From IMG/VR virus record IMGVR_UViG_3300035666_000002: a DNA stretch of 64,000 bases; one strand, given 5' to 3'. Of this stretch, positions 10,910 to 21,247 are shown piece by piece (position 1 is the first letter of the stretch; each line of letters begins with the position of its first letter). The notes below the pieces were generated by a model. The model worked only from the letters and a program-made list of their open reading frames with translations. It did not search any database and had not been told where the DNA came from. The translations under genes were made by a program, and so were the position numbers. Source of the DNA: a virus.

Positions 10910-12981
10910 CAGACTATTACAGTTTTAACGGTTACACTTGTTGGATCTGCTTCATCTAAAACCAGCATCTTATTTAATTTAGATTGAATAATGTTAATTT
11001 TAGGTTTTATATGTACTAATACATCACCAAAATCATTATTGATTGCTATAGGTTTGAAATCGTTTATGTATATTCTTCCCAAAAAGTAGTCAATAGTTCC
11101 TGTAACACCATTATTTTTATTTTTATTGATAACAACTTTTGTACTTTGACTACTTATTGCATCTATTTTATAGTAAGAAATTCTAATCTGCCCAAATCTT
11201 CCCTCCAAAACAGCACTTGCTGCTGCGAGCACTCCGCCTCCTCCAGTTATCTGTATTGCTGCCGTTGTATAACCAATACCTGGAGTTAACACTTCAACCT
11301 TAGAAAGTTTACCGTTTACAATCACTGCTTTAGCTGTAGCTCCCTCGCCATCACCTACTATTGTCACTGTAGGTGTTGAAGTATATCCGTATCCTGGATT
11401 AGTTACAGTGATTCCCTCTAATCCCGTAAATGAAGAGGGAATTTCTTCAAAGAAACATTGACGAGAAACACCTTCTTCATCAACGACGGTAAAGTCTGGT
11501 GATGAGTAAAAGTTATCATTAGTTGTTCCTCGTGAAAGTTCGAATCCATAATCTAAAATATAATTATCTGCTTGACCCAACACTGGTCTGAATTTTTTAG
11601 CGACGAATAATTCAACTTCATTTGATATGATTGCTGGGCTGTAAGAATCAATAGTAGATTCAAGACCCGAATATTTGAAGTATGAATTAAATTTATTTAA
11701 GTTATTATTACAGTAGTTGGTTATTACAGTTTTTAGATTAGTTTTTATTTCAGAATCGGAAAGTGTAGTTTTACTTTTATCATAAAACACAGTTGTCTCA
11801 AGTTTTAAGTAATTGTAATCGATATCTACAATTTCAGGAGTCACAGTCAAAATGCTGATAGGTTTCAAAATAGTGTTTGTAACAAATTCTTTTTCTGTAT
11901 CCGTTATTTCAAATCCTAATTTAGGTTTGGCTGCAATAAAAACTTTTCCGTAAACTGGAGGGTCGTTTTCTTCACCACCCCAAACGTTAACCGCTTCGAA
12001 AGAAGGGTATTTTTGCTGGATCAATTTGATATAATCGTTCTTTGTAACTGCTCTATTTTGAGAGAGTAAATTTAATGGTGCGGCAAATTTTATCTGCTCA
12101 ACAGTTTCTTTCTGAGATCCACCTGATGCTGCGCTTATAGAATTTACTGATATGGTTGAAAACCCACCTATAGCAGTCGTTGATGTGAAATTGTTGGATT
12201 TATTAGATGCGTTTCCATTTGTTATCAGATATTCCAGTGTTACAATACCACCATCGGGTATTTTTTTACCTATAACATCATCTCCAAAATACACATCATA
12301 TTGCCCGTTTCTTCCCTCTTGTAAAAAATAAACTTCCGAATTAGAAGTTAAATTTAAAACATCATCCGCTTTTTCATAAATTTCTGACTGAACATTAGCG
12401 ACAGATTGTCTTACACTTACAGTGAGTTTTGAAGTATCTACTCTAGAATCGGGTATCGCAAATAATTGTCTAGGATTAGTCGTATAATCATTAGTATATG
12501 AAAATGTAACTAGTTGACCCTCATAAATCATCACATTATTAAATACAAAATTTGTTCCAGTTTTAGTTGTAGTGTATGCTTCCATCGTAACAAAACGATA
12601 AGAAATGCCATCTAAAACTGATGATAGAAAGACATATCCTTTTGGAATAGTTAAAGACCCTGGAGTAGAATTGTCTGTTTGAACCGTAACATTAATTATT
12701 GCTCTAGGTGCAGTCGTTGAACGAGGAACATAACCAACTCTTTTAGCGTGTGAAACAACCGAATTTCTTAGAACAGCGGTGTCCATAAAAGATTCGTTGG
12801 CAATCATATTCAAGTAATAGGCATTGTAATGTGTATTATATGCCAAAACATCAAGAAGAATATTTAATCCTGACCCTTCAAAGTCATAGTCCTGAAACTC
12901 AGATTGCTGCTTTAAGAAGTTTCTTAAATTTGTTTTGATTGTATCGAAATCTAAATCTGTGACAATTAAACGATCAGTCAT
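10909..12981 (-). CDS. gp6: baseplate wedge subunit (T4 gp6-like)
   Basis: LDFDTIKTNL..QSEFQDYDFEGSGL..LAYNTHY, QNRAVTKNDY, WGGEENDPPVYGKVFI. Confidence 0.95.
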   Translation of the reverse strand: MTDRLIVTDLDFDTIKTNLRNFLKQQSEFQDYDFEGSGLNILLDVLAYNTHYNAYYLNMIANESFMDTAVLRNSVVSHAKRVGYVPRSTTAPRAIINVTVQTDNSTPGSLTIPKGYVFLSSVLDGISYRFVTMEAYTTTKTGTNFVFNNVMIYEGQLVTFSYTNDYTTNPRQLFAIPDSRVDTSKLTVSVRQSVANVQSEIYEKADDVLNLTSNSEVYFLQEGRNGQYDVYFGDDVIGKKIPDGGIVTLEYLITNGNASNKSNNFTSTTAIGGFSTISVNSISAASGGSQKETVEQIKFAAPLNLLSQNRAVTKNDYIKLIQQKYPSFEAVNVWGGEENDPPVYGKVFIAAKPKLGFEITDTEKEFVTNTILKPISILTVTPEIVDIDYNYLKLETTVFYDKSKTTLSDSEIKTNLKTVITNYCNNNLNKFNSYFKYSGLESTIDSYSPAIISNEVELFVAKKFRPVLGQADNYILDYGFELSRGTTNDNFYSSPDFTVVDEEGVSRQCFFEEIPSSFTGLEGITVTNPGYGYTSTPTVTIVGDGEGATAKAVIVNGKLSKVEVLTPGIGYTTAAIQITGGGGVLAAASAVLEGRFGQIRISYYKIDAISSQSTKVVINKNKNNGVTGTIDYFLGRIYINDFKPIAINNDFGDVLVHIKPKINIIQSKLNKMLVLDEADPTSVTVKTVIV

Positions 12982-12982
12982 T

Positions 12983-13387
12983 TTATCTTTCTCTGTTTAG
13001 AAAAAATTGTATTACTATAGGCTCGGAAGAGTTATTAATAAGAAATGTCATTCCTATATTATATCCGTTATTTTCATAGTCCGGTGAGACTGCTACTTCC
13101 CTTAACTGTATTCTAGGCTCATAATTTGTTAATACTTGTGTTATTTCTCTCTGTAACAAATTAGTGGATATTGTGTCCATTGGTTCGAATAACATCTTTG
13201 AAACATTCGAACCGATTTCAGGTCTAAAAAGTCTCTCATAATGATTAGTTAAAATTAAATTTTTAACTGAATTAATGACCGCTAAGTCATCAACATGCTT
13301 ATTCACATCCTTTTTTATAGGATGTGCGGTAAAAGACAAATCCAAGTCTTTATATTTTCTTGTTGTTTGTGCGACTATTGTTGTCAT
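12983..13387 (-). CDS. gp25: baseplate wedge subunit (T4 gp25-like)
   Basis: YKDLDLSF..HP..SVKNLILTNHYERLFRPEIGS..NYEPR. Confidence 0.95.
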   Translation of the reverse strand: MTTIVAQTTRKYKDLDLSFTAHPIKKDVNKHVDDLAVINSVKNLILTNHYERLFRPEIGSNVSKMLFEPMDTISTNLLQREITQVLTNYEPRIQLREVAVSPDYENNGYNIGMTFLINNSSEPIVIQFFLNRER

Positions 13388-13397
13388 GTCTTATTTA

Positions 13398-14261
13398 TTA
13401 GTTGTTTGCCGAAAGTTTGTTTATATAAGATTCGGTTCCAATATAATTTTTAATCAAATATTCCTGTGTTGTTCCAACATCTTCCAACTTAGAAACCTTA
13501 TCATAATCATTCAGTAATGACAACCCTTCTCTGTAAAAATTCCAGTCATGCTCTCTTCTTCCACCTATCAAAGTGTTTGCTGTTTGAATTCGTGAAAAAA
13601 TAGAGTTTACTGTTGTGGCAGAAATATTTGAGTACACATTACTGGCAACAAGTCTCGTGCTATTATTGATAGTATTAAAATCAGAAACAACTAAGGTGTT
13701 CGTGTTTGCGATATCAGACTCGATGAATATGCTGGTCATCGATGCTAAAACTGGAGAAGCGTCTTCTCTGTCATCAGTTGCTTTTAACAACATAACTAAA
13801 TTACGACCTAAATCAATTACTTTTTCATAATCAGGATACTCCAAAACTATTTCGGTATTTTCAATTGCAGTCGGAGAACTCACATTTACACCAGAAACGT
13901 TATTAGTATGTGAAATGAATTGATCTATTTCTAGAATCAAATTGGCACTAAGAGAAACAACATTACTTGCAGGAGAAATTGCTTGTACATCATCATAAAA
14001 TTCTATCGTTAGAATAACATTGCTTAGATTCTGTATACTTTGTTTTAATGCATTGGAAACGTTTAGAACAGGATTTCTATAGTAATTTGCAGAAGTTGCA
14101 ACATTAGAGTTAGCTAAATCTGATATTTGCCAATCAGTCAAAACTATGGGTTGCGTATTTAAAAATTCTTTTGTTCCATTACTCAGATTGATTGCATCAC
14201 CGAATTTCGTAGTGTCGAAATCGAAACCTAGTCTACCATAAAGTACATTAGCCGTTGCCAT
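13398..14261 (-). CDS. hypothetical, probably virion/baseplate protein
   Basis: 287-aa ORF packed in the baseplate operon; N/S/T-rich. Confidence 0.7.
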   Translation of the reverse strand: MATANVLYGRLGFDFDTTKFGDAINLSNGTKEFLNTQPIVLTDWQISDLANSNVATSANYYRNPVLNVSNALKQSIQNLSNVILTIEFYDDVQAISPASNVVSLSANLILEIDQFISHTNNVSGVNVSSPTAIENTEIVLEYPDYEKVIDLGRNLVMLLKATDDREDASPVLASMTSIFIESDIANTNTLVVSDFNTINNSTRLVASNVYSNISATTVNSIFSRIQTANTLIGGRREHDWNFYREGLSLLNDYDKVSKLEDVGTTQEYLIKNYIGTESYINKLSANN

Positions 14262-14269
14262 TTATTTTC

Positions 14270-15100
14270 TCAAATCATCTTTTTAAGTGGTGTTGAAGTT
14301 TTGCCTTTAGGTGCAATGTGCGTATGTAAATTGTATTGCAATCTCATTGTTGTCATTGTTCCTGTAGCATCTCTAACAACTGTTCCTATAATCAAAGGAG
14401 ATTTAACTGCGGTGGCTGCATCGACTGTTAAAGGTGTTGCTACCGGTAATCCAAGAGCTAACCCACCAGACTCAGATACAAATCCTAAAGGTCCAGCAGT
14501 CACTTGTGTACCACCATTAACCTTTGTTATCGCAGTAAGCATATCGGCTGTAGCTGATCCAGCAACCAATAAATCACTATCGACGTATGTAATATCGCCT
14601 GCTCTCAAATTTATGACGCCATTTGGAAGAATTGAATTTGGATCTCCAGAATTTATAGAAGTATCACCTAAAGATTGGAACGTAGATTCTCCCACTACGG
14701 TTTGTATAAAATCTCCTCGCACCTCTCTGTAATAATTACCATCAACTCTCTCATACTTATCACCTTTCACATGAACGACCGAATCACCTTCGATAGTTAT
14801 GTTGCAGACGCCTTTTATGAGAACATTATTTTTTCCTGCGACGATTTCATAATTATCACCTACAACTTTTGTTATCATATCCCCATTGGACTGCATTTCA
14901 AAAAATGTACCTACACCACCAGTTTTTGCACCACCATGTTGCAAGCGTATTCTTTCACGATTTTTAGAGTCATCCATTTCAAATGAATGCCCAGATTTCG
15001 TAACTGTCACATGACTATAAGGATAATCTGGAGGATTAGCATCATTAACCTCAGACTCCGGTTCTGTCCAAGAATAATCTTTTTCTGGTTTAGTAGCCAT
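14270..15100 (-). CDS. baseplate central spike, gp5 C-terminal part (beta-helix with HxH tip)
   Basis: YPYSHVTVTKSGHSFEMDD..ERIRLQH, VxGD repeats, terminal YNLHTH. Confidence 0.8.
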   Translation of the reverse strand: MATKPEKDYSWTEPESEVNDANPPDYPYSHVTVTKSGHSFEMDDSKNRERIRLQHGGAKTGGVGTFFEMQSNGDMITKVVGDNYEIVAGKNNVLIKGVCNITIEGDSVVHVKGDKYERVDGNYYREVRGDFIQTVVGESTFQSLGDTSINSGDPNSILPNGVINLRAGDITYVDSDLLVAGSATADMLTAITKVNGGTQVTAGPLGFVSESGGLALGLPVATPLTVDAATAVKSPLIIGTVVRDATGTMTTMRLQYNLHTHIAPKGKTSTPLKKMI

Positions 15101-15103
15101 TTT

Positions 15104-16108
15104 TTATATCTTAAATGTCCTAGAAGTTACTGATGATACAGTTTGTGCTGTTGCAGCAGCATTTGCAGCCGCAGCAGCGGCGTTGCTAGCAGTTTGCACA
15201 GCAGCACCTAATGTGTTTTGAATCTCTTTGGCTGCTTCAGTAAATGCAGATAAATCGGAAGAAGAACCTTGAGTTGAAAACAACTCAGAAAATCCTATCG
15301 CTAAAGAACGTCTCAAGTTTTCTAAGCAACCTACTAGAAGTGCTAACAGTTTTTCGGGTAGAGAAAGTATCCATTCAATCATTTGATTAACTTGTGCAAC
15401 ATAAGCATTGAAAATTTCAATCGCACTATTTACCTGTTTAAGAAACTTTTGTATTTGTTTTGCTTCCCTCGTTACAGCCTGTGCTATCTCTTTCAATCTA
15501 GCTGAAGTTCCGTCTGGGCTAAATCCTAATGCTTTCAATGCAGCGCGTATTCCCTCGCGAATAATTTTCATGAATTCACTAAACTTCAAACGAACCCACT
15601 CAGCAGCCCTCCTCATAGGCAAAGAAACATCACAAACATGTTCTCTTCTCTTATTATTTAATGAAATGGTACTTCCAACTACTGTATAGGCTAATCTGGG
15701 TCCTGTAGGTTTACTTTCTTCACTCAAAATAATATTCTGTGCATATTGAGGAAGTTTTTCTAACTGTTGAGGAGTTAATTCGTCGGTACCATTACCGTTT
15801 TTTAGACCATTAAATACTCCGTAAATTACAGGCTTTTGTGCATATCTTCCATCCATAAAAAAGCCAACAACCCAATCACCATGATTCACATCTAGACTTG
15901 ATTGTCTTTGATTAACAGGAAGAATAGGTTCTGCCCAAGGTAAATGCTCTTTTGGCATCACGGTAGGATCCAATGAATGAAAACCGAAACATCTAACTTT
16001 CATTCTTCCTAGTTTCAGTGGATCATCAATATCAACTACAACACCAACAAACCATGTGAACCAATTAAGACCAGAAAAACTAGGATCTAAATTTTGTGCG
16101 TTATACAT
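15104..16108 (-). CDS. gp5: baseplate spike gp5 N-terminal OB-fold protein with helical C-terminal extension
   Basis: WFVGVVVDIDDPLKLGRMKVRCFGFH..LPWA..WVVGFFMDG..QKPVIYG. Confidence 0.85.
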   Translation of the reverse strand: MYNAQNLDPSFSGLNWFTWFVGVVVDIDDPLKLGRMKVRCFGFHSLDPTVMPKEHLPWAEPILPVNQRQSSLDVNHGDWVVGFFMDGRYAQKPVIYGVFNGLKNGNGTDELTPQQLEKLPQYAQNIILSEESKPTGPRLAYTVVGSTISLNNKRREHVCDVSLPMRRAAEWVRLKFSEFMKIIREGIRAALKALGFSPDGTSARLKEIAQAVTREAKQIQKFLKQVNSAIEIFNAYVAQVNQMIEWILSLPEKLLALLVGCLENLRRSLAIGFSELFSTQGSSSDLSAFTEAAKEIQNTLGAAVQTASNAAAAAANAAATAQTVSSVTSRTFKI

Positions 16109-17430
16109 TAAGAATATACCTCTAAAGCAGCAGTTTGCGCTTGTGTATTTAAGTACATAGAATCTCTATTATTTGAATCTGTAGCAACTTCAATTATGGT
16201 TTCATGTTTCTGATAACTTATAATATGCCTTGTTGCAATGATTAAATATTTGCCACTTAATGATAAATCTTCGGTAGATTCATCCTGAGATTTTTCACTT
16301 CTTTTAGGAATCAAAAGATTTGCAGTTAAACCAGAAGACAAATCAAAATTGCCAGGCATAGTGACTCTAATTCTTCTTGACACTAAGTTTCTATATAGTG
16401 CTTCTCTTTGTATCAGATAATTGTAATTGTCATCTTCAACATCAATTGAAAAAGGATCATTCTCCCTAACGTAATCACTCTTAGAACTTAAAACAGATGT
16501 TGGATAAAATACAACTCTCGAATCAAACATTTTCGTATTTTCAAATCCTGCCCTATTTTTTATTATTCCCACATGAGGAGTTTTATTTGCATGTTCGCTT
16601 AATGAATAAGTTGAATTAAAATCTACGTATTTTTTAACTATCGCTCTATTCGTGACATCAAATCCCAAATAAGTTCCAGCATAAAGACCTGATGTTATAT
16701 TTTTGTTCAAATCAAATTGTGAAATAATATCATAGTCTCTAGCACCCATCAATTCATATCGATCATCTGATAAATTTTTTGGCTGAAAATTAATAAAGAA
16801 TTTTTCAGGTCTTGCAAGCATAGTAGATAAAGTTACGAAATTGTAACCTTCTCTATTTTCAAAAAATATAAAAGTGGGTGATCCTCTATAATTTATGGCT
16901 CTTCTACAACACAAATCAATAGCCTCGAAAGGAGTTCTATTTGGTACTAAGAGTATTCTGTTACCAATCGTATTTTCTAAAATTCCAAAACTTGCTTGAG
17001 ACATCGATAGGTAATTAGATGCTATGTCTAAAACAATTTTAGAATATGTGTCTTTAAATGATTGACGTATTTTTATTTGTTGGGACAGAATAAATTCATC
17101 AGAAACAAAATGAAGAATGTATTGCTCTTCATTCATACTAACCGATTTTCTGTCACTTTGTTTGTATATTCTAAAAGATTTTTCAATTAAACCATCTTCA
17201 GAGGTTTTTCCCATATTTACTATCAACGCTTCTGAACCATCGAACGATAGTTTGTCTGATAATCCTATAGCATCTCTTATAACTATATTTCCTGTCATGC
17301 AAGGATTGAAAATGCTGTCGTAAATATTCAACTCTTCAAACAAACCTGTAACATCAATAGTTCCTATTTTGGAAACTATCGCCAGTTGTTTTATTGTAAA
17401 TTGTGTCGTATGAATAATTCTATCATCCAT
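16108..17430 (-). CDS. baseplate hub protein (gp27-like tail protein)
   Basis: IYDSIFNPCMTG, FFENREGYNF, LSGKYLIIATRH; lies between gp53 and gp5. Confidence 0.7.
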   Translation of the reverse strand: MDDRIIHTTQFTIKQLAIVSKIGTIDVTGLFEELNIYDSIFNPCMTGNIVIRDAIGLSDKLSFDGSEALIVNMGKTSEDGLIEKSFRIYKQSDRKSVSMNEEQYILHFVSDEFILSQQIKIRQSFKDTYSKIVLDIASNYLSMSQASFGILENTIGNRILLVPNRTPFEAIDLCCRRAINYRGSPTFIFFENREGYNFVTLSTMLARPEKFFINFQPKNLSDDRYELMGARDYDIISQFDLNKNITSGLYAGTYLGFDVTNRAIVKKYVDFNSTYSLSEHANKTPHVGIIKNRAGFENTKMFDSRVVFYPTSVLSSKSDYVRENDPFSIDVEDDNYNYLIQREALYRNLVSRRIRVTMPGNFDLSSGLTANLLIPKRSEKSQDESTEDLSLSGKYLIIATRHIISYQKHETIIEVATDSNNRDSMYLNTQAQTAALEVYS

Positions 17431-18061
17431 TACGCATCAACTCTCTAAACTCTTTTTCTATAACACCAATATATTCTCTTTTCAGAATTTTAATATTTCT
17501 TTTTAGTTCATTTTGCTCAGAATCATATTCGTAATACGTTTTAGATTGTTTACTGGTTGACACAATTACAGAAGAGTTGTCTGGTAATGTATACGTTGAT
17601 TGCTCAGTTGATACATTCGCATAAACATCAGCATCAACTTGAATCATATCTATTGTTTTTTCACCAGTTAATACAAGTGTTCTTGTTTCTATTTTGTAAT
17701 AAGAATGAATATTTTCGTGTGCCCATTCATAACCTGTTTGACCAACGTTTGCGTTATTAGCATACTTCCTATCAATTGCATCCGCAAAACTGATTTGATC
17801 GAGAGGCCAATCATTTTTGACATCTTTGATTCCATTCATTTTCAATATGAGCCAGTGTTTTTCAGACGAACCATAAACTTTATGAGCGACGATCTCTGGT
17901 GTTTCACCGTCCGGAATAGTATATTCATAATACAAAACTGAATTGTCAAGTATGTTATTGTCAAAAGAAAATCCAGTTGTTAGATTAGTAATTGTGTCTA
18001 ACCCAAAAGAATCATCTAAATTATAAACGGTTTTTGGAAAGTAGTTAAAGAAATTTGCCAT
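17423..18061 (-). CDS. gp53: baseplate wedge subunit (T4 gp53-like)
   Basis: FFNYFP, GETPEIVAHKVYGS..HWLILKMN..DWPL, NELKRNIKILK. Confidence 0.9.
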   Translation of the reverse strand: MANFFNYFPKTVYNLDDSFGLDTITNLTTGFSFDNNILDNSVLYYEYTIPDGETPEIVAHKVYGSSEKHWLILKMNGIKDVKNDWPLDQISFADAIDRKYANNANVGQTGYEWAHENIHSYYKIETRTLVLTGEKTIDMIQVDADVYANVSTEQSTYTLPDNSSVIVSTSKQSKTYYEYDSEQNELKRNIKILKREYIGVIEKEFRELMRNG

Positions 18062-18062
18062 A

Positions 18063-19334
18063 TTAGCCTGGTCCGACTTCTGTTTGTGCTCTTTCTAAGA
18101 GACTTCTATTACCTTCTAAATTTCCTTTTGTTACGATTTCGGTCTCTTCAAATCCTAAACTCATACGAATACTCACCGGGCTTCCTGTTCTACCTGGATA
18201 AGGATAATCTTCTCCAGGAACTTCATAAGTCTGAAAACCACCTGGAGCATAGTCAACATCAACTGTTTTCAAAACGCATGTTGATATTTTAGGTATGTTT
18301 GGATTTTGAATACCGTTATAATAAAATTCAATATCAAATTCTGAAGGAGGAATCAAAAAATAACCTGCTGTTCCTTGTGCTATTTCGGGTGCCTGATGAA
18401 ATTTCAATCTTTCAATTATATCATAAACTTGTTTAGATTCCACTTCACTTCGAGGGTGAAACATGAAGTCGAATCTAAAATTTCTAAAGCTTGGGCTAGT
18501 ATAAATTAATTCCATCATAGGGTTTTGTACAAGCCCTGTTACACCAGTAAAAATAGCTTGTGCTGAGTTTTGTCCTAAAAGAGATGACGCTAAACGAGAT
18601 TGTAAAACTCTTTGTGCAACAAAAGGAGTTAAATTTCTTCCTATGTCTTGAGCGGAAAGTCTTCCATTAATAGCATCAGTTATAATTGAAGCTCCAGCTC
18701 CAAAAAATGCAGCATTTTCTCCACCCAACTCCAATTGACGATAATTTTGATTGTGCGTAAAAGCTAGAGTATTGGGCATATATAATGCGATACTGTCTGT
18801 TGTTCTTTTTATTGTTCTCAAAAAATTTACATTATTTAAAGTGCTAACTGAAGAGGCTGCTCCTCCAATAAAGTCTCTAACTTCTTTAGGTAAAGATTTT
18901 TCTATTGATCCAGCAGTCGTTTGAACTGATTTTGCTATATTGTAGAGATTTTGTGAAGTTTTAGAAGGTCCATCGAAACCTTCTGCAATAGAATAATTGG
19001 CAAACTCAACTTCGGCCACCGCATTGTTAATCGCATTTGATCCTCCAGTGATCAAAGAACCAACCACATTTTCAAAATATCCACCTAAGTTGCTGGCTCC
19101 ACCCGTTCGATTTGCACTTCTAAAAACCGAAGGTATATTCTGTCCATCCAAATTAGCTTGATATCTGGACTTTTCTTGGACATTGATATGAATTATCATA
19201 TAATGCCCTTTGTCTGTATTTCCTAGGTCTATTGGATATTTGTAGACATTTGAATCATATCTCTTTGAAACTTGAGTGAAGTTTCTATTGTCATTTTTTA
19301 TATAACGTATGTCTTTGAGGTTGAATAGTGACAT
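18063..19334 (-). CDS. gp48: baseplate tail-tube cap (T4 gp48-like)
   Basis: IALYMP, NPMMELIY..FRNFRFDFMFHPRS..E, PSEFDIEF, CVLKTVDVDY. Confidence 0.9.
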   Translation of the reverse strand: MSLFNLKDIRYIKNDNRNFTQVSKRYDSNVYKYPIDLGNTDKGHYMIIHINVQEKSRYQANLDGQNIPSVFRSANRTGGASNLGGYFENVVGSLITGGSNAINNAVAEVEFANYSIAEGFDGPSKTSQNLYNIAKSVQTTAGSIEKSLPKEVRDFIGGAASSVSTLNNVNFLRTIKRTTDSIALYMPNTLAFTHNQNYRQLELGGENAAFFGAGASIITDAINGRLSAQDIGRNLTPFVAQRVLQSRLASSLLGQNSAQAIFTGVTGLVQNPMMELIYTSPSFRNFRFDFMFHPRSEVESKQVYDIIERLKFHQAPEIAQGTAGYFLIPPSEFDIEFYYNGIQNPNIPKISTCVLKTVDVDYAPGGFQTYEVPGEDYPYPGRTGSPVSIRMSLGFEETEIVTKGNLEGNRSLLERAQTEVGPG

Positions 19335-19357
19335 GACTTTCCTATGAGTTGACTACA

Positions 19358-19365
19358 TATTTATA
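19358..19365 (-). promoter_or_regulatory. T4-type late promoter (TATAAATA) for the gp48-baseplate operon
   Basis: Exact TATAAATA on the minus strand about 24 nt upstream of the gp48 ATG; gp33 is present in the window. Confidence 0.8.
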
Positions 19366-19814
19366 TGTCATACGGAAAAAACACTTACAAAGGCTGGTTT
19401 AAGCCTCAAAACCCTCAAAAGTACAAAGGAAACCCAGAAAATATCATTTATCGATCTTCCTGGGAACTTCGTTGTATGAAATACTTCGATGATCACCCAA
19501 ATATCATCTGGTGGTCATCGGAAGAATTGGCTATTCCTTATATCTCTCCAGTTGATGGAAAGAGACACAGATACTTTCCTGACTTCATCATAAAAGTACA
19601 GAGAAAGGATAATACAGTTATGACATACGTGATTGAAGTAAAACCTGAATCACAGACTAAAAAGCCTACACAAAAGAAGAAAACTAAAAAATTCATTCAA
19701 GAAGCAGCTACATACGCTATAAATCAAATGAAGTGGAAAGCTGCGGATGAATTCTGCCATGAACATGGATGGCAATTCAAGATACTTACGGAGAAGGATT
19801 TAGGATTAATCTGA
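19365..19814 (+). CDS. gp4: head completion nuclease (T4 gp4-like, TnsA-like fold)
   Basis: YKG.FKPQNPQKYKG..IIYRSSWE..WSSEE..YFPDF..IEVKP..NQMKWKAA. Confidence 0.95.
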   Translation: MSYGKNTYKGWFKPQNPQKYKGNPENIIYRSSWELRCMKYFDDHPNIIWWSSEELAIPYISPVDGKRHRYFPDFIIKVQRKDNTVMTYVIEVKPESQTKKPTQKKKTKKFIQEAATYAINQMKWKAADEFCHEHGWQFKILTEKDLGLI

Positions 19815-19885
19815 ACCGAGGACACCAATACTTATAATCCAGGAACCTAAAAAACCAGGTTAACATAAGGCAAATAAATAGAGCC

Positions 19886-20467
19886 ATGGCTTATTTAATG
19901 GATCGTATCAATCAACAGTTAGCTAAAACTGGGTATCAAGCTCGCTCAAGGCAAGCTAGGAACTGGCTTCGCTCTAAAATTCCAGATTTGAATCCTACAG
20001 CAAGAAAGTTGATGACCAGAGCGGATGAAAGAATGACTCTGACAAGTATTGTCGGTCACATGTATTTCTTTTATTATGATCCCAAAACAAAAGATAAGTT
20101 ACCTTATTACGACAAGTTTCCTTTGGTTATGCCTATACAACTGTATGGTGATGGATTTCTAGGCATAAACCTGCATTATATTCATCCTAAACACAGAATA
20201 ATATTATTAGACAAATTGAGTAGTTTTGCTTCAAATCGAGCATACGACCAAAGTACGAAACTCAGATTGAACTATCAAGCACTTTCTGCTTTCTCCCAGG
20301 CTTATGAAGCAACACCATGTTTAAAAAGATATCTTTCAAGCCATGTACAATCTAGATTTTTGGAGATACCAGCAAACGAATGGGATATTGCTGCTCTGTT
20401 ACCTGTAGAACAGTTTGAAAAAGCAAGCACCAGTAAAGTCTGGGCAGACTCAAGGAAAAAATTCTAA
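19886..20467 (+). CDS. gp2: DNA end protector protein (T4 gp2-like)
   Basis: YDPKTKDKLPYYDKFPL..GFLGINLHY..CLKRYL..LPVEQF. Confidence 0.95.
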   Translation: MAYLMDRINQQLAKTGYQARSRQARNWLRSKIPDLNPTARKLMTRADERMTLTSIVGHMYFFYYDPKTKDKLPYYDKFPLVMPIQLYGDGFLGINLHYIHPKHRIILLDKLSSFASNRAYDQSTKLRLNYQALSAFSQAYEATPCLKRYLSSHVQSRFLEIPANEWDIAALLPVEQFEKASTSKVWADSRKKF

Positions 20468-21237
20468 TGGCATTCTTACCACAATTATTCTTATCGAATA
20501 TCAATGCAAAAGATGGGCTAGCAAGACCTAGCCGATTTCAAGTCGTACTACCAATTCCACGATACATAAGCGAATTCGTTTCGACAAGTGTAATCGAAAG
20601 ACTTTTGAATTTGCCTAATTCTGTCTTCTCAGACATCACCGCAAGAGTAATTGGTACTGAAGATGGAGCACGTTCATTCGATCCTGTCATCAGTCGCTAC
20701 TTGGCTTTGCAGTGTGAATCTACAGAATTGCCAGGAAAGTCTTTACAGACTGATGAAGTACAAATATACGGTCCAACTTTCCAAGTGCCAAGACAAGCGG
20801 TTTACGGAGATATCTCTTTTACTTTCCTTTGCACCAATGATTTCTATGAAAGAAAACTTTTCGATAGATGGCTTGAAGCAATAGTTCCTACGGATACTAA
20901 TAATACAAGATTTGCGAAAGGTGAAAGAACTAGGTTCCTAACTGATATTAAAATTGTTCAATATGATGATGTTTTTAAGCAAGTGTATGCAGTCGAATTA
21001 ATCGATGCATTTCCTAAAGCAATAAGCCCACAAACACTAAGTTGGTCTGAAGAAGGTTTTCATAGACTGAATGTTCAATTTGCTTATCAAAAATTCAGAA
21101 CGATCTACAAGGGCGATTATGATGTTGGAGCGATAGGTGCTGCACTTGTTGGTGCGGGAATCGCTGGAACACCAACAGGAAGAGCATTGAAAACCTTGTT
21201 AAAAGGAACGATAGCTGAAGTTAAACAGATTTTTTAA
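20467..21237 (+). CDS. tail tube initiator / tube-like protein (gp54-like)
   Basis: GLARPSRFQV, CESTELPG, ERKLFDRW, DAFPKAIS..LSW; synteny. Confidence 0.8.
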   Translation: MAFLPQLFLSNINAKDGLARPSRFQVVLPIPRYISEFVSTSVIERLLNLPNSVFSDITARVIGTEDGARSFDPVISRYLALQCESTELPGKSLQTDEVQIYGPTFQVPRQAVYGDISFTFLCTNDFYERKLFDRWLEAIVPTDTNNTRFAKGERTRFLTDIKIVQYDDVFKQVYAVELIDAFPKAISPQTLSWSEEGFHRLNVQFAYQKFRTIYKGDYDVGAIGAALVGAGIAGTPTGRALKTLLKGTIAEVKQIF

Positions 21238-21247
21238 TGGAGAATTT

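Noticed and set aside
589-18292. Short + strand and nested ORFs in the track overlapping the baseplate genes
   Set aside because: Antisense or alternate-frame shadows of long recognisable genes; no RBS or motifs.
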